Below, piece by piece: positions 39,107 to 47,407 of a stretch of 64,000 bases of DNA. The notes beneath the pieces were generated by a model. The model was not told where the DNA came from, made no database searches, and saw only the letters and a list, made by a program, of their open reading frames with translations. The stretch's first letter is position 1; each line of letters opens with the position of its first letter. The stretch comes from an uncultured Planctomycetia bacterium (GTDB lineage: Bacteria; Planctomycetota; UBA8108; UBA1146). The DNA lies in the NCBI GenBank assembly GCA_964412635.1, contig CAYPPQ010000001.1:46382-110381 (forward strand). The letters run 5' to 3'. The translations under genes were made by a program, and so were the position numbers.

Positions 39107-40536
39107 CCGCTGAGTTTCTCCCACCAACCTGGCACTGCCGTGACCGTCTTCCACACCAGGAAAACGCTGAGCACCACGGTCGCCAGCAGGATCGACCCCT
39201 GCCACAGCAGCGCCCGGATGCCGGTGGGCCTGTCCTCACCGAGATATCTCGCAGATCGCTGCATCTTGAGGATTCCGATGTACACCGCGGGAAGCAAGAA
39301 CCCGGTCAGGATGGTGGTCGGTAGTGCGATCCAGAAGGCGATGTCCCCCCAGTAGACCGCTCCCAGAAAACCGGGGGCGGGGAGCAAGCATGCCAGACGG
39401 AAGCGGGTCGATCCGACCTTCCAGCCGAAGGTCTCACAGGCAGCAAAGCCGCAACAGACCATGTGCATCGTGATGCTACTGGTGACCATGCCGAGCAATC
39501 CCAGGTCGAAGAGGATTCTCGAACTGTCGGCTCCGAAGGTGGTCCCGAGGATCTGCGCCGCATGCTCGGGCTTGAATCCCTTTCCCGGGAACGGGATTCC
39601 ATCCGGCCCGAAAGTATTCGCCGCTGCGATGACGATCAGTGAGGTGGTCAGTAGATAGGGGAGAAACATCCCCGCAAACAGATCGAACCTCGCCAGCGAA
39701 CGGTGTTCTTTTCCCCAGCCTTTCGCCAGCAGCGAATACGGATAGAGAAAAACCATGTTGGCACCGATCGCCGCCGCCAGACCTGCCACGACGATGCTGA
39801 GTGCATCCATCGACTTCGATTCATCTCCCGCAGGGGTGTAAACCTCTCCCACTCCTCCCGGAATGAAACCGGAGAAGAAACCGCCCGGATCGGCGATCCC
39901 TGTCTTGACCACCACGGCGCCGAAGCACAGCACGATCAACCACACCATCACCTGCATACTTCGCTCGAACAGTTTCAGTAATGCAGGGGAACGGCCATAG
40001 GAGAAGGACCAGGTCACCGCCCAGGCCAGCACCAGCAGTCCGCCACCCCAGCGCGGAATCGGATTGCCGGTGACGGCACCGATGTCCTCGATGGCAGCGG
40101 AAGCGAGGGCGTACTGGGCAAAGTGCCAGATGACACTGGAAAGAACTGCACCGGCGATGAAGGCATGAGCGTAGAAGGGACCGGCGTACTCACGGATCGC
40201 CGGCAACGGGCGTTTTCCGGTGGACAGCGTCTGATGCGCCACCGCCGACAGAACTGCCACCCCCAGCAGCATCGAGATGGGGAACACCCACAACAGCTGG
40301 TACCCGAAGGCTCCCCCTGCCAGCAACGTGGCCGCCGCCGTGCCACCGCCGAGGGTCAACGAACTCTGCAGGTATCCCGGTCCGCCACGCCTGAGAAAGG
40401 CACCCCATCGACGGGTGATCGGTGCCTCATCGAGGGTGGTCAGCCACCGTTTCTCCTCGGCCAGTGCCGCGGGATCGGGGGGGGCCACCATCGGTAGTTC
40501 GATCTTCCGGGGAGTCTCTCCTTCGATATCACTCAA
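39103..40536 (-). CDS. Nramp/MntH-family-related membrane transporter with divergent metal-binding motifs
   Basis: It has the GPGYLQSSLTLGGGTAAATLLAGGAFGYQLLWV segment. Canonical Nramp has GPG-L-S-AY-DPGN-ATD-QAGA-FGY-LLWV here, so the DPGN Asp/Asn are replaced by GGGT. It has about 11 TM helices. An MHM replaces MPH in the TM6-like segment. Confidence 0.6.
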   Translation of the reverse strand: MSDIEGETPRKIELPMVAPPDPAALAEEKRWLTTLDEAPITRRWGAFLRRGGPGYLQSSLTLGGGTAAATLLAGGAFGYQLLWVFPISMLLGVAVLSAVAHQTLSTGKRPLPAIREYAGPFYAHAFIAGAVLSSVIWHFAQYALASAAIEDIGAVTGNPIPRWGGGLLVLAWAVTWSFSYGRSPALLKLFERSMQVMVWLIVLCFGAVVVKTGIADPGGFFSGFIPGGVGEVYTPAGDESKSMDALSIVVAGLAAAIGANMVFLYPYSLLAKGWGKEHRSLARFDLFAGMFLPYLLTTSLIVIAAANTFGPDGIPFPGKGFKPEHAAQILGTTFGADSSRILFDLGLLGMVTSSITMHMVCCGFAACETFGWKVGSTRFRLACLLPAPGFLGAVYWGDIAFWIALPTTILTGFLLPAVYIGILKMQRSARYLGEDRPTGIRALLWQGSILLATVVLSVFLVWKTVTAVPGWWEKLSG

Positions 40537-41981
40537 CGGGATTCCCTCTCCCTCGCCCTCGCCTTGGCCGATTTCAACTCGGCAGCAGCGGGGTGAGACT
40601 TGTAGTGGTCATCGAGCGGGAAACAGCCGCTCAACAATCCGTTTCTCGGCGCAGTGGTACAGTCGCTGAAGGTTCTGCATACCAGCTTCTTCGGCATCGC
40701 GCGGCCATGGATGACATCTCTCGGCAGTTGCGGGTAGGAGAGCATCGATCGGCCAAGGCCGATCACGTCCTGGTGACCCGCAGCGATCTCGTGCTGAGCC
40801 ACGGCGGCAAGCCATTCCTGCAGGTAAGTCCAGCCGGTTCCCACCAGACCAGCAGTAGAGAAGTGCTGACGTACACTCCTGGCCGCCTGGATGTGACTGG
40901 CAACTCCCACCAGGGGATCTTCGGGAGGTGCATAACCATCACTGGGTGGATACTGGGCGGGTCGCTGACGATGGGGACACCAGTACGGAGATCCGATCGT
41001 CAGGTTGAACCACTCGACTCCTTCATCGAGTAGCAGCTGGATCAACTGGAACGGTTCATCCCACTGCGGTGTTCGTGGATCCCCGGGATCGAGGCCAAAC
41101 CCGTGCTCGTATCTCTCCCCCGACGGCCAGTCCGGTTCCCCATCGCCGCCGGTGGACTTGCGGAAGGGAATCATATCGGTGATCGAGATGCGAACGGCGA
41201 CGTCGATTCCGGGAACCTCGCTAGCGACTGTAGCGATGATGTCTCGCAACAGACGGCTTCTTCCCTGCAGATCACCTCCGTAGCGACCGGGGCGACTCCG
41301 TGCCGACAGCAGTTCGTGCATCAGGTAGCCGTGACACGCCTTGATATCGACGAAATCAAATCCGACCTTGTGCGCACACCTCGCCACCGAGATGTATCGC
41401 TCGGCAATCGCTTCCAGCTCTCCATCGGTGAGGATCTGATCGCTAGTGGCGGATACCCTGCTATCGAGGATCGGATGTTCGAAGGCGATGCGCGGCGCTG
41501 GACCGTCGGATGTGGGACGAGACCAGCGACCGGAGTGGGTCAGTTGCAATCCCACCACCGAATCCTTCGGCGCCTCTTCGCCGGCGAGGGTGTGCCCCTC
41601 CTTCAACGCCGACAGAAGCGATTCCAGCGACCGGCAGGTCGAATCATCGTCGTGATGGAACAGCTGGTTGGGATTCGCCTTCCCATCTTCCCTGACGGCA
41701 AATGCCTCACCTCCCCAGATCAGTGCCGCACCACTCTCCCCGAAGTTTTGCCAGCGCCTGAGGGTGTGTTGCGAAGGAGATCCATCTTGCAGGGCATCCC
41801 AGCCCTCCATCGGATGAACTGCGAAGCGATTCGACAGCTTCCAGCCGCCCTTCTCGAGGGGGGATGCGAGGGGGCCGAAAGCCTCCACCTCATCATCGAG
41901 ATCGAGCTGCGGATCGATCGACTTCCAGTGATCGCGAAAGGACTCCACATCCCGATACCGATTGGGAGACTTGATCTTCAA
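40533..41981 (-). CDS. Old Yellow Enzyme family NADH:flavin oxidoreductase (FMN-dependent ene-reductase-like)
   Basis: It has the OYE signature FDFVDIKACHGYLMHELLS (compare HAAHGYL). The probable start is the TTG at 41981, after a GGAGGA RBS and overlapping the enolase TGA. The ORF track extends to 42080. Confidence 0.75.
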   Translation of the reverse strand: MKIKSPNRYRDVESFRDHWKSIDPQLDLDDEVEAFGPLASPLEKGGWKLSNRFAVHPMEGWDALQDGSPSQHTLRRWQNFGESGAALIWGGEAFAVREDGKANPNQLFHHDDDSTCRSLESLLSALKEGHTLAGEEAPKDSVVGLQLTHSGRWSRPTSDGPAPRIAFEHPILDSRVSATSDQILTDGELEAIAERYISVARCAHKVGFDFVDIKACHGYLMHELLSARSRPGRYGGDLQGRSRLLRDIIATVASEVPGIDVAVRISITDMIPFRKSTGGDGEPDWPSGERYEHGFGLDPGDPRTPQWDEPFQLIQLLLDEGVEWFNLTIGSPYWCPHRQRPAQYPPSDGYAPPEDPLVGVASHIQAARSVRQHFSTAGLVGTGWTYLQEWLAAVAQHEIAAGHQDVIGLGRSMLSYPQLPRDVIHGRAMPKKLVCRTFSDCTTAPRNGLLSGCFPLDDHYKSHPAAAELKSAKARARERESR

Positions 41982-43384
41982 CCCTTCTCCTCCATGCGGC
42001 TTGCAATCACCGTTCTTCTGCTTCCCTCGGATGGACGCACGGTACAACCGTAGCCTTCGCAATCGAGTGAAGAGATGCACAGCACCCCGTTCTCGATGAG
42101 AAGTTCATCACCTCTGTGGATCGAACGGTACAGGTCGGGATGATCCTTCAGTAGTTGTGAGGATTCATCGCTGGTGAGGTGATCGAGTCCCCTGAAGTAG
42201 TGGTGACCATTTCTCTCGACGTGAGTCAAACCGAGCGCCGCAACGGTCAAGAGATCCTGATGCAATCCCCACGGTGGAAGACAGGTCAAATCCTCGCCGC
42301 TGACAAACGCTCCTGCACCATGGGCCTGGCACAATCCTTGATGGGCGATCGACCGGGACACTCCCTTGCAGTTCTTCGATGAGACTCCCAGGTACCCGAG
42401 CCCTAACGCCTCCGGAAATGCCTCGGGACCATGGTCCGCCTCGTCGATGATCACCGGCCCATGGCGAGACAACTCGGTCGGAGCAGAAGCCGCCTCGAAG
42501 GTCTTTGATCTGGGAACCGGCTGTTCGATGCTGACGATCGCCTCGAGGAAAGCGACCCCATCTGCTGACATGTTCAGTTCGTCGAGAACTGCAGCGAGGG
42601 ATGCTGGATCTTCGTACTGCTCGTTCCCATCGAGTGTCACACGATAGCCGTCTCCCGATTCTCGTCGCAGGATCGCTGCGATCTGCTGGAGCCTCTCCAG
42701 GTCATGATCGGGGTCTCCACCGACCTTGACCTTGAACCAGCGGAGGCCGTGACGACGGATATCCTCCACCAGCGTCACCGGCAGACCATCTTCCACCGAA
42801 TCATCCGATCTCTCCTCGAGATCATCCAGCAATCCGACGGTGTGGCGCACCGAGATCGTTGGCGGTAGCGGAGACGGTGTGAACTTCCAGTCCTGAAGTT
42901 GCGGATGAAATCGATGAGGTTCGATTCCGAACAGTCCCACCTCCAGCGATTGAAGGAAGGGAAGTCCGACTCCACGGCACGCGGCATCCATCAGGGCTCT
43001 TTCCCAGATGGCACAGCCGAGTCCCCGGGTCAGGCGATCTTCCGCAGTGACAGGAGTTGCCAGAACCCGATCTTCCAGCATCCGCCAGTAGTGATCGAAG
43101 ACGGTGGAACAGGATCCATCGAGCAATACATCTCCCGCCATCGAGATGCTATCGACGAGAGACTGGATATCCTCCTCCACCGATCGCAGGAGGTTTTTCT
43201 CGAACCAGCGGGGAACCAGTAACTCGGAGGTGTATCCCCTCAGTAACGTTCCCGTCGATGTTTCTGCGGTGACGGTGGCAATCGCCATCGGTGCATCGGT
43301 GAGGGTATGTACCCCGAAACGAAAGGGGATGCGCGTTGTGCATTCCTGGATCTCAACTTCGAGTTCCTTCACCGAGATACGCAC
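41978..43384 (-). CDS. enolase-superfamily enzyme (mandelate racemase / muconate lactonizing enzyme family)
   Basis: It has the MR/MLE N-terminal capping domain plus barrel with WFKVKVGGDPDHD...TLDGNEQY...IIDEAD metal-ligand spacing, and is 468 aa. Confidence 0.7.
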   Translation of the reverse strand: MRISVKELEVEIQECTTRIPFRFGVHTLTDAPMAIATVTAETSTGTLLRGYTSELLVPRWFEKNLLRSVEEDIQSLVDSISMAGDVLLDGSCSTVFDHYWRMLEDRVLATPVTAEDRLTRGLGCAIWERALMDAACRGVGLPFLQSLEVGLFGIEPHRFHPQLQDWKFTPSPLPPTISVRHTVGLLDDLEERSDDSVEDGLPVTLVEDIRRHGLRWFKVKVGGDPDHDLERLQQIAAILRRESGDGYRVTLDGNEQYEDPASLAAVLDELNMSADGVAFLEAIVSIEQPVPRSKTFEAASAPTELSRHGPVIIDEADHGPEAFPEALGLGYLGVSSKNCKGVSRSIAHQGLCQAHGAGAFVSGEDLTCLPPWGLHQDLLTVAALGLTHVERNGHHYFRGLDHLTSDESSQLLKDHPDLYRSIHRGDELLIENGVLCISSLDCEGYGCTVRPSEGSRRTVIASRMEEKG

Positions 43385-43501
43385 GGGACTCCCTTTCGAT
43401 GGATTGCAGGTCGTGATCTCCAGTGAAGATCATCTCGACAGGTCGTGGCGACCTCGACGGCAGTCACCCCCCTCACCATCGTGCCGACACATCGGCAGGG
43501 A

Positions 43502-44635
43502 TCAAGAAGTGGCCACCACCCTGGCTGGATCATACGGCTGCGGATCGATGGGAGCAGCCTGACCGAGGATCGAGGAGCAGATCAGTTGCGCCGCAGCGGG
43601 GGCCTGGGTGATCCCCAGTCCCTCGAATCCCGCCGCGATCCACACCGCCGGAACTGCCGGTAACGGGCCGATGAGTGGCCTCGAATCACCGGTTGCCGCC
43701 CGTACACCGCACCAGGTGCGGACGATGGGCAGGCCCGACAGACCGGGAACGAATCTTTCTCCCCGCTCGATGATCTGATCGATCAGCTGTCGATCGACGC
43801 TTCCGGTACTCCTCGAGGATCGACTGGAACCGATGCACAGCTGGCCGGTCGAGCGGGGAAGGATCGCGCACGCCACCGCCTCCTCCACCTTGCCGTGAGC
43901 ACCCTTCTGGTAGCCCGCCTCCACCACGTGATGGGAGAGGATTCCGGTTCCCCGGGCGGTGATGGCGAGCTGTCCTTCTCTTGGGAAAATCGAAACCTCG
44001 ACCCCCGTCTCTTGACACAGATCGAGCGCATCGATTCCGGTGGCGATGACGATGGCATCCGCCTCCTTGACGAGTCCGTCCTCGAGGTGAACCCGATTCG
44101 ATTCAACTCGCATCACTCGAACTCCGCAGGTCAGCTTCGCTCCCCCTTTGACCGCCTCCTCCATCACCGCTGCGGTGGCGATCGGAGCATAGAGGACACC
44201 GTCATCGGGAACTCTCATGCCGCCGACCAGATCAGCAGCGAGAGCAGGTTCCAGCTCCAGAATCTGTGCGCTGTCGACCATCTCGGTGTTGATTCCTGCA
44301 CCCTGTAATCTGGTCGATGCTTCGCCCAGCTGACGGAAGGATTCCTCATCCTCCGCCATCCACAACGTGCCCGACTCGATGAACCCATCGGGGCAAGTCG
44401 TGATGGGAGAATCTTCACGCCAGATCTGTCTTCCGAGGATGCACAGTCGCATCCCCGCTTCGTCCCCATCGTTGACGACGATGTGACCCATCCCTGCTGC
44501 GGTGGCTCCCCGAACTCCCGCTGCCTCACCCGCCTCGAGTACTTCCACTTCAGCACCGGCTCTGACCAGTTCCCTCGCACAGCACGCGCCAACGATCCCG
44601 GCACCCAGAACCAGCACCTTGATGTTGCCCTTCAT
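43502..44635 (-). CDS. FAD-dependent oxidoreductase (DadA/HcnC/opine-oxidase-subunit-B-like amino-acid dehydrogenase)
   Basis: It starts MKGNIKVLVLGAGIVGACCARELVRAGAEVEVLE (GxGxxG plus acidic residue) and has the DAO-family fold. The ORF track extends to 44695, but the ATG at 44635 fits the dinucleotide-fold start. Confidence 0.8.
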   Translation of the reverse strand: MKGNIKVLVLGAGIVGACCARELVRAGAEVEVLEAGEAAGVRGATAAGMGHIVVNDGDEAGMRLCILGRQIWREDSPITTCPDGFIESGTLWMAEDEESFRQLGEASTRLQGAGINTEMVDSAQILELEPALAADLVGGMRVPDDGVLYAPIATAAVMEEAVKGGAKLTCGVRVMRVESNRVHLEDGLVKEADAIVIATGIDALDLCQETGVEVSIFPREGQLAITARGTGILSHHVVEAGYQKGAHGKVEEAVACAILPRSTGQLCIGSSRSSRSTGSVDRQLIDQIIERGERFVPGLSGLPIVRTWCGVRAATGDSRPLIGPLPAVPAVWIAAGFEGLGITQAPAAAQLICSSILGQAAPIDPQPYDPARVVATS

Positions 44636-45720
44636 CGTCCTACCTCGCTGGCGATGACCGCCTGTCGGTAGACCTCTACAGTTTCCGTGGCACATCGCTG
44701 CCAGGTGAAGGTACCGGCGTACTCCATCGCTCTCTTTCTTCGATCGGTGTCATGTCCCACTGCTCTGTGCAGTGCCTGTGCAATCGACTGCGGATCTTGC
44801 TGCTGACACGTTTCCGCAGCTCCAGCAGCGATCTCCGGGGTTGCGCCGCTGGCAGAGATCACCACCGGAGTGCCACAAGCCATCGCTTCCAGCACGGGAA
44901 GCCCGAATCCCTCGTAATGAGTGCAATAGAGGAGCGCACGAGCACTGGAGTAGAGGGCAGGAAGAACATCGTCGCCGAGCCAACCCACCAGCTGCACCCT
45001 GCCCATTCCCACCTCATCGATCCAGTCGATCAGTTCATCGCCACCGAATGTTGGATCGCCGGCGATGACGAGGGGCACATCTCCCAGCTCTGCCGCCAGG
45101 AACCCCCGCACCATTCCCCGGATGTTCTTTCGCTTCGACAGATCTCCGACGTAGATGACAGCATCGGATGGAATCTGTCGTTCCTGCAGCAAGCGATCGG
45201 CTCGATCACGCTCGACCGGTCTGAACAACGGATCGATCCCGTGGCGAACCACCACCACCTTGTCCGGATCGCAATCGACTCCATCGAGGAAATCTCGGCG
45301 GGTCGTATCACTGACTGCGATGATCCTGTGACAATCGGTGGCTACCGACTGATACGCCTCCAGTTTCTTGGCTCGGAACTGCGCAGTGGAAATCGACCCC
45401 CCCACTCGCTCTTCTGGAAGCAAGTGAACGACATCGTGAAGGGTCGCGACCCTGGGAGAATTCCATCGAGGCACCCTCGAGTCGGTGACATGGATCACAT
45501 CCGATCGACCACCCGGTGGCCACCACGGTTCCTGGATCCAGAACCTCTTCACGGAAGGAATGCGTAGTCGGTGGCGATGGCGATGGAGATGAGAGCAGCG
45601 GGTTCCCAGGGTCAGTGAAGTCCCCAGGTCCGCAAGTGCCCTCGCCAGCTGGGTGGTGTAACGACCGATCCCGGTTGGACGAGGAGTACAAGCTGCAGTG
45701 GCATCGATGGCGATCCGCAC
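44632..45720 (-). CDS. glycosyltransferase family 4 (GT-B)
   Basis: The C-terminal signature is EGFGLPVLEAMACGTPVV. It has a 4-nt overlap with the downstream DadA-like gene. Confidence 0.75.
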   Translation of the reverse strand: MRIAIDATAACTPRPTGIGRYTTQLARALADLGTSLTLGTRCSHLHRHRHRLRIPSVKRFWIQEPWWPPGGRSDVIHVTDSRVPRWNSPRVATLHDVVHLLPEERVGGSISTAQFRAKKLEAYQSVATDCHRIIAVSDTTRRDFLDGVDCDPDKVVVVRHGIDPLFRPVERDRADRLLQERQIPSDAVIYVGDLSKRKNIRGMVRGFLAAELGDVPLVIAGDPTFGGDELIDWIDEVGMGRVQLVGWLGDDVLPALYSSARALLYCTHYEGFGLPVLEAMACGTPVVISASGATPEIAAGAAETCQQQDPQSIAQALHRAVGHDTDRRKRAMEYAGTFTWQRCATETVEVYRQAVIASEVGR

Positions 45721-45753
45721 GTTACCTCCCGTCAGAGAATAGGACAGGATCGA

Positions 45754-46692
45754 TTACAGGTCGATGCCATGTCGGAATGGATCTTCCTCCTGGAAGAGAA
45801 GGGTCCCCTCACCGCACAGATGGGCACGTCCACGAATCGTCGGGGCGATCCCCCCCTCCACCTGCCGGAAGGTGCCGGTGAAACGGGTTCCGAGGATACC
45901 GACCTGTGTCCACTGATCCCCCTCTGCCAGCGAGTTGCGTGCGTGCTGACAGGCGATGGTGGCACTGGTCCCGGTCCCGCACGGCGATCGATCCCACTGC
46001 TTCCCCGGACACAACACGAAGGAGCGCACCCCCGCTCCCTCATCTGCGGGTAGCGGTTCGTGGAGATCGATGTGATCGATCTCCTCTCCTGCCGCTCCGG
46101 TGATGCCCCGATCCACCAGTTGCTCCCGGATGTCGCTGGCAACCGACGTCAGCTCTGCGAGATTTTCGAGGGTGACGGCGATCGCTGGAGAGCGGGCGAT
46201 GAAGAACCAGTTCCCCCCCCAGGCGATATCCCCCACCACCTCCTCGCCGTCGGAGAGGGTGACGGTGCAATCGGCTTCGGTGCGATAACTGACGACATTC
46301 TGTACCGAGATCTCTCCATCATCTTCGAGATGCAGATCAACCACCCCCGCTGGAGTCTCCAGCTTGCAGTGTCCCGAGTCGATTCGACCGAGGTGGCGCA
46401 ATGCTTCGACCACCCCCATGGCACCATGTCCGCACATTCCAAGGGTTCCCACGTTGTTGAAGAAGATCACCCCGGCGTGGCAATCGGGGAGGCTACTCTC
46501 CAGCAGCAAGGCACCGACCATCGCCTCATGACCCCTTGGCTCCCTGACGATGCCGCGGCGCAGTGGATCATGGCTCTTCTTCCACTCCTCACAGCGCTGG
46601 GCCAGCGATCCCGAGCCCAGATCGGGGATCCCGGAGATGACGACCCGGGTCGGCTCGCCGGCGGTATGGGTATCGATGTATCCGATCTGCAT
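45754..46692 (-). CDS. proline racemase / 4-hydroxyproline 2-epimerase family enzyme (two-Cys type)
   Basis: It has DTHTAGEPTRVV, the first catalytic Cys in GMCGHG, and the second in SPCGTGTSA. I chose the ATG at 46692 with an AAGGTGG RBS; the ORF track extends to a GTG at 46701. Confidence 0.8.
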   Translation of the reverse strand: MQIGYIDTHTAGEPTRVVISGIPDLGSGSLAQRCEEWKKSHDPLRRGIVREPRGHEAMVGALLLESSLPDCHAGVIFFNNVGTLGMCGHGAMGVVEALRHLGRIDSGHCKLETPAGVVDLHLEDDGEISVQNVVSYRTEADCTVTLSDGEEVVGDIAWGGNWFFIARSPAIAVTLENLAELTSVASDIREQLVDRGITGAAGEEIDHIDLHEPLPADEGAGVRSFVLCPGKQWDRSPCGTGTSATIACQHARNSLAEGDQWTQVGILGTRFTGTFRQVEGGIAPTIRGRAHLCGEGTLLFQEEDPFRHGIDL

Positions 46693-46703
46693 GGCAGCCA
46701 CCT

Positions 46704-47384
46704 TCAGAGAACCCTTGCGATCAGAACTCCCTGTCGCATCGGTAGAATCGTCCCCTGCAGGGAAGGGTTCGCCGCGATGCTTCGATTGAATTGATCGATG
46801 GCGACCCGGCTCGGTTCATCCTCGACTCCATCGGGAACCCAGCCGCCGCCGCATCCGAGTACATTGTCGGCAACGATCAGGCCGCCAGATCGGAGCAGCG
46901 GCAATCCCGCCTCGAGGTACCCGGGATACTCGGTCTTGATCGCATCGAGAAAGAGCAGGTCACAACTGCCTGGACCCAGTTCCTTCACCAGTTGTGGGAG
47001 AAGATCGAGCCCGGTCCCCAGACGCACATCGACACGAGTTTCGTTGGCCCTGTGCAGCGCTTGCCTGGCAAAATCGACATGCTCGGAGCTCGCCTCGATG
47101 GTGATCAATCGTCCGTCCGGCGCCATCCCAGCAGCGAGGGCGAGGGCGCTGGCCCCGCCGAGGGTTCCCACCTCGACCACCAGACGCGCTCCGCCGTCAC
47201 GACTGATTCCGGCGAGAAGTGTCAACCAGCGACCCACCGTAGATCCCACGGAGATGGCAGGAAGTCCAGCTTCCTCAGCGGCGGCATCCTCTTCCTGCCA
47301 GCGCTGCGAGTCATCACTGAAGAGACGATCGATGTACTCGTGTGTGTTATCCCAGCGCTGCTGGGACATCCCATCTTGATTCAC
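46704..47384 (-). CDS. class I SAM-dependent O-methyltransferase (family 3, caffeoyl-CoA-OMT-like)
   Basis: It has the VVEVGTLGGASALALA SAM-binding motif I and is 226 aa. Confidence 0.7.
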   Translation of the reverse strand: MNQDGMSQQRWDNTHEYIDRLFSDDSQRWQEEDAAAEEAGLPAISVGSTVGRWLTLLAGISRDGGARLVVEVGTLGGASALALAAGMAPDGRLITIEASSEHVDFARQALHRANETRVDVRLGTGLDLLPQLVKELGPGSCDLLFLDAIKTEYPGYLEAGLPLLRSGGLIVADNVLGCGGGWVPDGVEDEPSRVAIDQFNRSIAANPSLQGTILPMRQGVLIARVL

Positions 47385-47407
47385 GTGGCGATCTCATTTC
47401 TCTGTGG

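Noticed and set aside
41103-42053. 316 aa plus-strand ORF
   Set aside because: It is antisense to the Old Yellow Enzyme gene, which has a clear FMN-oxidoreductase signature.
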